Below, in pieces: positions 1 through 12,360 of a DNA stretch of 64,000 nucleotides. Position 1 is the first letter of the stretch, and each line of letters begins with the position of its first letter. Position numbers and translations under genes: made by a program. Under the pieces are notes generated by a model, which searched no databases, was not told the DNA's origin, and saw only the letters and a list, made by a program, of their open reading frames with translations. This DNA comes from Octopus sinensis (taxonomy: Eukaryota): assembly GCF_006345805.1 (NCBI RefSeq), contig NC_043009.1, forward strand, positions 68,324,001-68,388,000, given 5' to 3'.

Positions 1-420
1 TCAGATCCTTACGGCCGTTTCTGCCAAGAGTGAACGAAATCATCCATGCTATCTCCATCTCTTCGGTGTTCTGTAGGGATGGGCAGATATAGTTTGGATG
101 ATGAGTGTGTATCTGTTTTTATTGAAAAGGGCAGAAAAAGAATAGTTACTGCATGTGTATGTTTTCTTCTAATACCTTCTAATACTTTCTAATGTCTACC
201 GGAGGATGAATGTCATTTTTTATCAACTCCATTTTCTTATTTGGCGTGGGTAAACCACTCATTACCCCCACCCATATGTTGCACTCAACTGCGAGATTGC
301 CACGCAATTACCCGCATTTAGGTATGAATAACTGGGTACACTACCAGCAGTATATTGGACAGGCACTATCCCTTAGTTGGTTGTTTTCCCAACCTCTAAC
401 TCACACAGAAATATATACAT
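1..420 (-). repeat. Dispersed repeat (second copy 46438-46868); possibly a decayed Ty3/gypsy integrase remnant
   Basis: 1-110 and 270-420 align closely with 46440-46545 and 46720-46868. The minus strand reads KLYLPIPTEH..DSMDDFVH, similar to the gypsy LYxPLP..SMDFV motif. The repeat is directly seen; the gypsy origin is inference. Confidence 0.55.
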
Positions 421-821
421 AGTATAACGTACGCGTTTAACTTTTGAAGACTTCCATATCCTACAAAGCCATCGGCAAAGTATTCCAATTTAGCTATATT
501 TAGGTGTCGTTATAATATTTTACCAATGACCAATCAAAACTTATCTAAGTTTTGTCAGTTCTTACATCGAATATTTCTAGTCAGGTTATTTCCTGCTTTA
601 GATCTTGAAATTTTTCCGAATTTGGGAAATGTAAACTTGGAAGTTAAGATGTTACCAGTCAAATTATTAATAGATATATTACAATACTGTAATTCAAATA
701 ACTCAGTGCTCAAGGAACGTATGGTATGTTTACAGAAAATGCGGAATCAAGTCCACGAGAAGCCTTCAACATTTTATATCATAAGGACTTTTTAAACTGA
801 ATATTTATACGCTACTATTTA

Positions 822-1045
<224 letters not shown>

Positions 1046-1210
1046 GGCGCATGAGTGGCTGTGTGGTAAGCAGCTTGCTTACCAACCACATGGTTCCGGG
1101 TTCATTCCCACTCCGTTGCACCTTAGGCAAGTGTCTTCTGCTATAGACTTGGGCCGACCAAGCCTTGTGAGTTGGTTCGGTAGACGGAAACTGAAAGAAA
1201 CCCCGTCGTA

Positions 1211-1264
<54 letters not shown>

Positions 1265-1495
1265 GTATGTATGTGTGTGCATTTGTTTGTGTGTCTGTGT
1301 TTGTTCCCCCAAGCATCGTTTGATAACCGATGGTAGTGTGTTTGCGTCCCCATAACTTAGCGGTTCGGCAAAAGACACCGATATGATAAGTACTAGGCTT
1401 ACAAAGAATAAGTCCTGGAGTCGATTTGTTCGACTACAGGCGGTGCTCAGCATGGCCGCAGTCAAATGACTGAAACAATTAAAGGACTAAATGAG
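1046..1495 (+). mobile_element. tRNA-derived SINE family A, near full length, with internal (TA)n/(TG)n tract
   Basis: A-box-like TGGCTGTGTGGT and B-box-like GGTTCATTCCC, then a CORE-like CCTTAGGCAAGTGTCTT. The tail ends CAGTCAAATGACTGAAACAA. Many homologous copies occur in the window. Confidence 0.9.
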
Positions 1496-1745
1496 TATGT
1501 ATATATATATATAATATATATAATATATAATATATATATATATTTCATATATATATATTATTATGTGAAATAGAAAGATGAATAATCTTGTAGTAGATTA
1601 ATCAAAAGTTTAACCGATACCTTAGTAGCAAAAATCACAGCAGTAAACAGCACGGTTGGAGGTACAACCATCTGGCGTTGCAACCGTGCGTTGGTGCGGA
1701 TAATTGAAATTAAAACATTATTGGTGAATTGGTATATATATATAC

Positions 1746-1776
<31 letters not shown>

Positions 1777-1788
1777 CTATATATATAC

Positions 1789-1842
<54 letters not shown>

Positions 1843-1885
1843 GTATATATATATAATATATATAATATATATATATAGATATATG

Positions 1886-1955
<70 letters not shown>

Positions 1956-2273
1956 TATATATCAGTGTTGTGTGTGTGGGTGTAAATTTATGTATATATA
2001 TTATATATATATAGAACGTAAACGTGACTACATGCTGAGACCGTGTCTCTTCTCAGTAGTAATTATCTCGTTTAGCTGAACCAGAAATTTATGACCCAAC
2101 TTCATGTCTATCTATGGATGACGACAAGTAAATAACTGTATGGAAAACAATGTGGAAATAAAGTGTAGCTTTTTTTTTTCAGCTGATAGAAATAGAAAAT
2201 AGAAATAGAAATATCGGTTTTGGTGATGCAAACAGGAAACATAGAAGTCAGAACATGTGTATAATCTTGTATG

Positions 2274-2399
2274 CTTTTACTTGCTTCAGTCATTAGAATG
2301 CGGCCATGCTGGGGCACCACCTTCAAGAAATTTTGTGGAATGAATCGATCCGCTTACTTTTTTTAAAGTCTGGCACTTATTCTATCGGACTCTTTTGCC

Positions 2400-2442
<43 letters not shown>

Positions 2443-2606
2443 CACGATGGCTTCTTTCAGTTTCCGTGTACCTAACTACCAAATTCACTCACAAGTCTTT
2501 TGTCTGTCCGATACTAGTAGAAAGACTTCCCAAGATGCAATGCAGTGGAACTGAACCCGGAACCATGTCACTGCGAACCAAGCTTCATACCACACAACCA
2601 CTCCTT
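2274..2606 (-). mobile_element. SINE family A, diverged copy
   Basis: Reverse complement of the head, core and tail of 1046-1495, with an internal TA tract. Confidence 0.85.
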
Positions 2607-2711
2607 GTATATATATATACATATATATTATATATATATATATATATTATATATATATATATAATAATATAATATATATATATATATATATTTATTTATT
2701 TTATATATATT

Positions 2712-3050
2712 AAGTAGTTGTATACTGTCATTAATATGACAGTCCCATGAAGGGAATCATACTACTGCTATTTATCCTACGAAGCAGCACGCTTCCTGTC
2801 GGCATTGACACATTTCCTGTGTCGTTATGTTTACAAGGGGGTGATAAGCACCCCCACCCAGCTAAGCCTGCAACCAGAAACTAGTCCCTGATGCAGGCGT
2901 TGCTGGGTGGGAGTGCTTATCTCCCCCTTGTAAACATAACGACACAGGAAATGTGTCAATGCCGACAGGAAGCGGTGCTGCTTCGTAGGGATAAATAGCA
3001 GTAGTATGATTCCCTTCATGGGACTGTCACACTAAGTTGACATACTACCA
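2712..3050. mobile_element. MITE-like fold-back element with ~127-bp inverted arms
   Basis: 2737-2862 is a near-perfect reverse complement of 2902-3029, with a 39-bp loop. A related partial sequence with the same TAGTTGTATACTGTC start lies at 27761-27965. Confidence 0.8.
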
Positions 3051-3956
3051 CTTTATCGTATCACTACTGCATAAATCTCTCTGAGGGATTTAGAAATGTA
3101 TTAATTCATTCAATATATATATATATATATATATTAATAAAAATATATTAATATTGAGCAAAGCAGCGGAATGTCTCAAGGGCTGAGATCTTGGTTCGTT
3201 AGTGCTTATGAAATAATCATATCGTTATATAGGCTTTTTGTAATTGTTTTCTCCTCTTGATGGTCACAGTAACCGGCAGTAACTTTTCCTTTGCACTCTT
3301 TCTTTTTACGAAAATTGATCTCTGTCTCTCTAAACCCTTCATGCGGTGCCCCAGCATGGCTGCATTGACTGAAAGAACTGAAAAAATTGTGTAGGCGCAA
3401 GCGTTGCTGTCGGTTAAGAACCTTCCTTTCCAACAATGGGATCTGTGGTTCAGTACCATTGCGCGGCACTTTGGAAAGGAATTTTTTTTCTTTTCTTCGA
3501 ATTCCAGTTCTTCTTCGAAATAGAAAGTTTAAAAATGGCAAATAGTAAAAAACATACGCATTGGTTTACATCATTCATTGATCGGAATGATGGGAAGTTG
3601 TGAAGAAAGGAAAGAAGTTTCATCCTAGCAAAAGCGACAGGGGGAGCTAACTGTGCACCGAGTGCGTATGATAGTGTTTCTTTATTGTAAATGGTGTGTA
3701 CGGAATGCCACGTGGGTAGGAACCGATTTCATGTCATTGTTTTCCAGCCGATGTAAATACTGGTTACGATTCAATCTAAAACACACGGACATACGTAGGC
3801 AGACGGCACACAGACAGACGCACATTGACAAACACGGACACACGCGAGCAAACGCCGCAGTTTATAATCACATTGTCGATTAATATTAAACCTTTTACGG
3901 GTAGAAATATATACTCTTTGCCAAATGGCAAAGCAACAAAGGCAAAAACAAGATGA

Positions 3957-3988
<32 letters not shown>

Positions 3989-4483
3989 TAATTGTAGTTG
4001 CTGTTGTTGTTATTGCTGTTTCCTGTCGTCCGTCAATGAGAGGCCACATATGGTCTAAGCATGCATCGTGTAATATTTTGACATTTCTTATGACTTTCGG
4101 CTTGAGATCGAACAGTCTGGGTTTAGCAAACAATCGTTAATTTTTTTAGTTGATAATACGACGTATGAAAGAAGATCAACTTACGAATTCAGTGAGAAAC
4201 AGTGGGAGAGAGAGGGAGACAGAGAGAGAGGGAGAGAGACGGAGAGGGAGGGAGAGAGAGAAACACACACAACCACACACACACACACACGTACAAACAG
4301 ATGCATACAGAGATGTATGCAAAAGCACACGTACTCACTCACACAGACGCAACAAGACGGACAGAAGCACATACGTTAAAGTACACATGCGTGCGCACGC
4401 AGTCCGGAGAAATGCACCATGGCCGCTAGAAATAGCAACGAAATAACTCTGAAAAAGATTTCCAGCATTCATATGTCAAAGAA

Positions 4484-4635
4484 CTTCGTAGTAAGAAGCT
4501 TGCTTTCCAACCGCATAGTTCCGGGTTCAGTCCCACTGCGTGGTACCTTGAACAAATGCCTTCTACCATAGTCTGGTACCGCCCAAAGCCTTGTAAGTGG
4601 ATTTGGTAGATGAAAACTAAAAGAAGCCCGCCGTA
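4484..4635 (+). mobile_element. SINE family A, 5' half, interrupted by a mariner
   Basis: Head and core match family A and end in the TA tract where the mariner TIR begins. Confidence 0.85.
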
Positions 4636-4653
4636 TGTACATATATGTATATA

Positions 4654-5760
4654 CAGGGTGTCCACAAAAACAGTCCCTGATTTCAAACAGGTATAACAGG
4701 TAACTTTATTGTAATAATCTTCCACGGTTAGTAGCTTCAGGTGTCGGATTTCATTCAGTTTCCCGTGGTAGAGGGTAGCATTAAAGTCACCCAACGTGCG
4801 CCCCTCTGGTTGCTCGGAAAACATCGATGCGATATTTGTCCAGTTTGGTCCAGACACTCTGAGACATATCTAAAGTCGTCCTTGGGAACTGCTTCAGTGA
4901 TGGAAATGTTCAGCTCTTGCAGAGTTGCAGGTTGTGGTGGTACGCAAACTCTGCTCTTCACGTAACCCCCAAAGAAACAAGTCGCAAACAGTTAGACCCG
5001 TTGACCTCTCAGGCCACTTGCAGGACACTTGATCATCTCGTCCAGCACAACCAATCCATCTGTTCGGAAAGTGTGAATTGAGAAATCACCTGACAGTGAG
5101 ATGCCAGTGCGGTGGAGTGCTATTTTGCTGGAAAAGGTAGTCATCACCCTTAGCAGCTAGTGGTGGAACCATCCAATTGGTCAGCATCTCCAGGTAACTT
5201 TGACTGGCAACAGTTCCTCCCTCAAAGAAGAAAGGGCCATATATTGTCGTCTCTTATACGGCACAAAACACTAACTTTTGGTGAGTCTCGCTCAATTTCC
5301 TGGGTAAGGTGCGGATTTTCAAGCCCTCATATCCGCAAGTTATGCTTATTGACTTTGCCGTTCAACTGAAAACGATTTTTGATAGTAGCTTAGCATTATC
5401 TCCCATTGATTGGTGGATATTCAAACAAAATCCAAATCGCATGGTGGAGTTTTGGGACTAATTGCATCTCATAAAGGTGAAAGTTTAGGTGTCTCTGAAG
5501 GATTTTGCAAACTGTGCCTCTTCGTATTGACTTTTGGGGGCTGTGCACGAATTTTCTTCTATCTCGGTCAATAACTTTCTCTGTATCTGATGGTGTCCCT
5601 TTCTCTGGTCACAGATACATCCTTTCTCACTAAAATCGTTGTACCATTTCCGAATGGACTTGGATGTAGCTGGAATCGTATGATACTTGAGCCTGGAAGC
5701 ATGTTGCCCGACCACAGCACTGTATAAGCTTGCACATTCCTGTACATACCAGCTGCGTAC
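4654..5760 (-). mobile_element. Decayed Tc1/mariner transposon (rosa/DD41D-like, DUF4817-type N-terminus), one TIR
   Basis: TA|CAGGGTGTCC terminus at 4652-4663. Minus-strand pieces read IRKWYNDFSEKGCIC (HTH) and QQNSTPPHW..FPNRWIG..WPERSTGLTVCDLFLWG/YVKSRV (homologous to QDGAPPH..WPPRSPDLTPCDFFLWGYVK). Stops and frameshifts are present. Confidence 0.88.
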
Positions 5761-6042
5761 AGGAATGGTATGTACAGGATTATATACCATTCCTGTACAT
5801 ACCATTGTAAAGTGTAACCCTATGATAGACCTGCCTTCTGATCTGGGAGAATATTGGTCTGCTCGCCTGGCCAGTGAGTGGCATCATTCCAAAGCTACAA
5901 AACCACGTAAAAGGCCAACTGTGCATAACAACATACTATACGCTGGTTGACCACGTGATTATAATAGTGTAAGGGTGTAGGGGTGTATATATTCGTGTTA
6001 ATATACACAAGTTTGGATGGTTTCATATATACATACATATGG

Positions 6043-6335
6043 CTGTGTACTCCGTCGGCTACGGTGGCAAATGTCACAGCTGATTCGACCAACAGAACCG
6101 CCTGTACGTGAACTTAACGACCAAGTGCCTGAGCACACCACAGACACGCGTACCCTAACGCAGTTCTTCGGATGAATTCAGTACGACACACCGAATATGG
6201 CACATTGAGCCGCAGGTACAACTTATTCTGACCGGAACAACGTGAAATCAAATGACTTCCTGAGGGCACAACACGCCATCGGGAATCAAACTCACCATCT
6301 TAGGGTCCTGAGCCGAATAACCTAGTTGATGCCAT
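6043..6335 (-). mobile_element. Chimeric SINE: family C-type head and core with family G-type tail, old copy
   Basis: The reverse complement shows GAGTTTGATTCCC..GTGTTGTGCC.. followed by GTCTGTGGTGTGCTCAGGCACTT..GTTGGTCGAATCAGC, the tail shared with 47005-47386. Confidence 0.7.
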
Positions 6336-6497
6336 AAGAATTTATAAACTTCGGGAGCAAATAAAGTTATAGATAATAGCATTGGGTTACAAGCCCTTCT
6401 CTATAGGAAACTCGAAGGATGTTTGCCGTCATAAAAGGCTATATGTGCGCGCGCATATAGGTAGGTGAGTAGGTGGGGATGTATATATTAACGTATA

Positions 6498-6566
6498 CAT
6501 ATGCCGTAGTGGTTAAGAGCGCGGGCTACTAACCCCAAGATTCCGAGTTCGATTCCAGACAGTGAA

Positions 6567-6600
<34 letters not shown>

Positions 6601-6728
6601 TAATAATAATAATAATTATTATTATTATTATTATTATAATAATAATAATAATTATAATAATAATAATAATTATAATAATAATAATAATTATAATAATAAT
6701 TATTATTATTATTATTATTATTATTATA
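6498..6728 (+). mobile_element. SINE family D tRNA-like head plus expanded (AAT)/(ATT) tract; tail absent
   Basis: TGCCGTAGTGG (A box), CT-ACT-AA anticodon-like loop and GAGTTCGATTCC (B box), then AGTGAACTGA(ATA)n. The same head occurs at 12556-12627 and 58561-58632. Confidence 0.85.
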
Positions 6729-7235
6729 CATGTTTAAATGAGTAAGAAATTGGGAAACCTAATTAATATACGTTTTTTTAAATTGTTCCTCATTAATACA
6801 AACCTAACAAAAATGAAAATGGAACATTTGATTAGGAACTTTCATTGCATATGCTGTCGAGAAATTCATGTTTAAATGCAAACCTAATGAATAGAGTCAT
6901 GTTTGGAATATTATAGAATGATGAAGAATAATAAAATGACAGACATCCGATTCTGTGACCCAAACTCTCGCAGTTAACTATGTTAAATCATAATGTCGTC
7001 TTCTGGGGACTTTTGATGTAACCTCATGCAATATCTGCTCTTACGCTAACGACCGCATGGAAAAACAAACGTTGGAAATTTTGTAATTAATTTCAGAAGA
7101 TTAGTGTGTCAGCAAAAATTAATGTCCAAACTATTACAAATTAATATTTTTTTGAAATTCAATTATAAATTATTTATACACTCATGAATGTTTCTACCAC
7201 AGCAATGTAAATACGTAATATCATGGATTTGACTA

Positions 7236-7368
7236 GACATACATACATACATACATACATACATACATACATACATACATGCATGCATGCATACATACAT
7301 ACATACATACATACATACATACATACATACATACATACATACATACATACATACATACATACATACAT
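7236..7368. repeat. (CATA)n microsatellite
   Basis: Tandem ACAT; source of the MYVC/HTYI pseudo-ORFs. Confidence 0.98.
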
Positions 7369-7629
7369 GAAGTCCCGTGTTTCGTGCATGATATTTGTAA
7401 CGTATGTACATATGTTATTGATCTCGAACGAATGGGAGAGGAGGATAAAACTAAAACTGAGATTCTTCCTTGTAACTCGAGTCTCAGAGCGGTGTAATCA
7501 TCAGGCCTGGTGATCACAGCGGCCTCAGACTCGAATCGTGACACAAAATCTCAGCTTCACTTTTAATAAAATACTACATCCTCTATTTACACACACACAC
7601 ACTTATGTAATATATATATATATATATAT

Positions 7630-7995
7630 CTTTTCTCTTTCTCTTTTACTTGTTTCAGTCATTTGACTGCGGCCAAGCTGGAGCACCGCCTTTAGTCGAG
7701 CAAATCGACCCCGGGACTTATTCTTTTGTAAGCCCAGTACTTACTCTATCGGTCTCTTTTGCTGAACCGCTAGGTGATGGGGACGTAAACACACAAACAC
7801 ACACACGCATATATATATATATGCATATATACGACGGGCTTCTTTCAGTTTCCGTCTACCAAATCCACTCACAAGGCTTTGGTCGGCTCGAGGCTATGGT
7901 AGAAGACACTTGCCCAAGATGCCACGCAGTGGGACTGAACCCTGAACCATGTGGTTGGTAAACAAGCTACTTACCACACAGCCACTCCTACGCCT
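7630..7995 (-). mobile_element. SINE family A, near full length, well preserved
   Basis: Reverse complement of the family A head, core, internal microsatellite and tail. Confidence 0.92.
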
Positions 7996-8192
7996 ACATA
8001 TATATATGTTCAAACTACGATTAAAGTAAACAAAGACTGATTTAAAAGCGTTGATATGCATTGAAAGATACAGATAATGAAATAATTTATTCTCGAACGC
8101 AGACTAATGCTAACAGACTAGCAGGAACAGGATAAAATATCCATATTTTGCAGAAAAATCTGCCACCGGCCAGCCATGAAATTCGAAATCAC

Positions 8193-8253
<61 letters not shown>

Positions 8254-8608
8254 GTGTGTGTGTGTGTTTGTGTGTGTGTGAAATATCAATTAAAAACAGA
8301 ACACAAAGGTATCGCGATACACGTGTTTCAAGCTTTATAAACAATCCGTTATTACATCAGTGTATTATTGATATAAAAGATGGTTTAAAGCTCTCTTTAG
8401 CCGCAAACATTGTTAGCCCAAAGATTACATCACAATATAAAAATCACAAACAGTACACGTAGTATTACCCATTATAATTGGTTTATCATATCTCCTTGAA
8501 AAAGTATATTTGTATAGCTATATTTGTATATTTGTATAAGTGTATAAATGTATAGAGATTCATTGGATTTCAAAAATCTGCCCATACTATACCACCATTC
8601 AGTATAGA

Positions 8609-8648
<40 letters not shown>

Positions 8649-8716
8649 GAAAGTAAAATGAAACAAAGAAGATGCACTTAAGATATAAACGTTATGGCTT
8701 TTTTTAATAAAATCAA

Positions 8717-8751
<35 letters not shown>

Positions 8752-9582
8752 CAATTATATGATTTGGGGTGGAATTAAGAAGCACAAAAATCACCACTAT
8801 GAGTCATTATAGAACGTCAAAGTCATACCAGGTTCGTCACAGCTGATCACTAACTTTGAATCAACACTGATTTCTAAACAGTGATGAGTCTAATAGGCCC
8901 AGAGTGAAAAGATTACATGCAAGGGAGGTAAGTAGTACTGAGAGTGATGCAATAAAGGCAGATATGATTACAAGAATATAAAATATATATGGGATTTATG
9001 AGGATTAGTAGGACTATGGGTATTAGTATGGTTAATAGTGTCCTGTATTAAGTTATGTGTTCCATGTTAAGTTGTGTTTGATATTTATTAATGAAAGTTA
9101 CCTCTTTATTTAATCTTTGATGCACTGAGGTGTTCTGGCAACATTGATAAAAAGGGAAAATTAAGAAGTTTGGTTTAAGGTTCCTAGCACATCTATCTAT
9201 CTGCTGACTGACCTGTATCTATCTATATTGTGGGAAGCGGATTTGTTCTTTGTGAAGTGTTGTTCTTCGTCTGGCGGACACTCCTGTTTGGCCTATATAG
9301 TGGTTTCCGCAACCTAAGCTGGTAATAACGTAGATTCAGTTTTCAGAGACACAATTGAAATTTGATTTTATCTTAACTATTTCACCTTTCTATAATGACT
9401 CATAATAATGACTTTTATACCTTTTAATTCCACCTCAAATCCTTTAATTGTATGTATATACCTTTGTTATTTAAAAAAAACATTAATTTTATACCTAGTG
9501 AGCATTTTCTTCGTTTGTTTTTACGTTTCCTCTATGTAAACCATGTGTAGTCTTTTTCTTTGAAACCTGTTTCTATTATATA

Positions 9583-9730
9583 TGTGTGATAAGAAGCTTG
9601 CTTACCAACCACATGGCTCCTGGTTTAGTCCCAATGCGAGGCATCTTGGGTGTCTTCTACTAAAGCCTCAGGCCGACCAAAGCCTTGAAAGAGGATTTGA
9701 CAGACGGAAGCTGAAAGACGTCTGTCATAA
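9583..9730 (+). mobile_element. SINE family A, 5' part
   Basis: Head and core homology, ending at a TA tract. Confidence 0.85.
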
Positions 9731-11636
9731 TATATATATACATCAATTTCGATACCATATGACGAAGGCAAGAAATTCTGTCTTCTCTGCAATTCTGAGC
9801 TATTTTTCATTATTCTTCCTAAAAATACTCTAGTAAACACGGTTATAGAGCGAGCATACAGATGTAAGCATTGGCAAAAACATACATTTAGTGCATATAA
9901 GTAGTCTCTATCATTATATACAATTTAAACTTTAATTTCCTTTATATTTAACATTCACTATTAATATCCCTACTCTTTCTGTTAGCTACTTATGACGTTA
10001 TATCATATAACGTTTTTTTAAACAATATTAATAGCGTTCTGTCTATCGCTATACAAATCCATCTTTTTTTGCTAAAATGTCGTATTGACAAGTTTCGTTT
10101 TTTTTCACTTTCCCGAAGAGAAGATTGCATTGTTTATACCATTTATTCTTTTGAATAGTATCAGTGGAATTTTCGAAACATGTGTCGAAAGTAAAAATAC
10201 TTGTTTACACCTGCGTTAACTCCATTTTTTATTCATATTATTCAAAATATTCAACGTAAACACGAAGTTTCTACCTTTATAAACAAGGAGTTACAACACC
10301 TTTACTTGTGAGATTTTTGCTGCCCTGGTAACTATTTATTTATTTTTCCGTGTTAATTGTTAACAAGGTAAAAATACACTTATCTATTTATAAAAGATAT
10401 ATATATATATAATGTTAACAATTGTATATATTTGCCTGTTTGTTCTTAAAATGTAAATCATTGCATAATTTACAATTTGGTATTATATATAGAATTACGT
10501 ATATTTCCTAACGAGACCTTGTTTTTACTTATGAACTATTAACCCATTAAGTCTTTCCAAAAGTCCGCCAACCTCATTTAACATGCTACCGCATCCAATA
10601 ACTTGACTGATAAATACTTTATACCTTACTCTTGTCGAAACAATACTTGGTGCCCTGCATAAAAATGAAACATCCAAGTTAAATTATCAGTTTTGTTATA
10701 TATACTAGCCACAATCTTAATACGGACACAGACGACATTAACATCTAATTAGTTATCTTCGTCTCGAGAATTCTTATTTCTCTTCGCTGCGATTTCTTCT
10801 GGATATATTTCCCAAATCAAATTTTCACATAATAGTCGCTGTTAGTAATAAAAATATCAACGATCAATCTGCGACAACTACTAAGATCTTTAACTATATA
10901 TATCTTCTTTCGATATAAATCATAAAGAAAATTAAATTCATAACACGATGCATATTTATCAGCTAATAAATAGCCGCAATTACTAACTACCATAATACCT
11001 TTAATATGTTTAAATATCCTCCACGTATATTTGAAGTCTTAATTTAAACTAACAGAAAAGTGGATGTCTTCTTACTCCGAAGTATTTCTCTCAGATAAAT
11101 ATCACCAATAGGTTTATTAACGAAAGCAATTATCACCATGTATTCAGACTTCACTATATTAGACATTTTTCCTTGACAGTTTAAATAATCAACCGCAACG
11201 GCTATCAATTAAATAAAACAAGAAACAACTATTAGATCCGTTCTGCGTTTGTCCAAGAGTTCTTAAGAATGCAAAGAAAACACGATCATGGTAAAGCATG
11301 ACGTTCATAGTATTCTTTCTCCTTATACAATTTCGTATGTCTGTTCCCAATCTCACGAATGTTTGTATCTATCGTGGTAATCCTGTTCAATCTTCTACAG
11401 TAGCTGCATTCTTTTTACAATATCAGCTGTGAAAAGTATTCCTCACCCCAGGTAGACGGGTATTACCGCAGAAAATTGCCAGAAGAGTGCTTCATAGGAA
11501 GTTGTGCTTTATGCACTATCGTTGCAAAATGCAGGAATGAAACTTTAAAAATCCTCATGGAGTTTGATGCGACACAATGATGCTACATATTTTGTATGCA
11601 TGCCTGTCTGTAAATATATATGTATACATACATGCA

Positions 11637-11680
<44 letters not shown>

Positions 11681-11712
11681 TGCATACTTTACGCATTATT
11701 TCATTCGTTCAA

Positions 11713-12118
11713 GGGTGGCGAGCTGGCAGAAGCGTTAACACGCCGGGCGAAATGCTTAGCGGAATTTCGTCTGCTGTTACGTTCCGAGTTCAAATTCCGC
11801 CGAGGTCGACTTTGCCTTTCATCCTTTCGGAGTCGATTAAATAAGTACCAGTTACGCACTGTGGTCGATATAATCGACTTAATCCGTTTGTCTGTCCTTG
11901 TTTGTCCTTTCTGTGTTTAGTCCCCTGTGGGTAGTAAAGAAATGGGTATTTTGTCTGTCGTCACGTGTTCAGAGTTCAAATTCCGCCGAGGCTAGCTTTA
12001 CCTTTCATCCTTTCGGGGTCGATAAATTAAGTACTAGTGAAACAATGGGGTCCATGTAATCGACTAGTCTTCTCCCGTCAAATTTCCGGGACCTTGTGCC
12101 TATAGTAGAAAGAATTAT
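11713..12118 (+). mobile_element. SINE family B, tandem two-unit form
   Basis: GGCGAGCTGGCAGAA head and GAGTTCAAATTCC B box, then GAGGTCGACTTTGCCTTTCATCCTTTCGG. A second unit restarts at about 11945. Confidence 0.9.
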
Positions 12119-12360
12119 TTCATTCCTTCTTAATCCATTATTTACTCTAGCAACTCAGTAATTATGTTTGAATTATAATTAGATGCTCTAAAGTGATACA
12201 GGTTTTGCTTGTTATTTCACTTTTTAATATGTGTTTGTGTATGTGTGTGTGTGTGCGTGTGTGTGTCTGTAGATAGAGAGATAGAGAGATGAGTGTGTGT
12301 GTATTAATATTTCTTTTTATGTGAAATTATATATAAAACCTATTTAACATTAAATTGAAT

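Noticed and set aside
6498-6570. Functional tRNA-Ser(ACT) gene
   Set aside because: There is no acceptor-stem 3' strand and the anticodon stem is weak. It runs into the SINE linker, and the loop differs among copies.
7478-7532. Small hairpin CGAGTCT..AGACTCG
   Set aside because: The stem is short and interrupted, compatible with chance or a decayed repeat.
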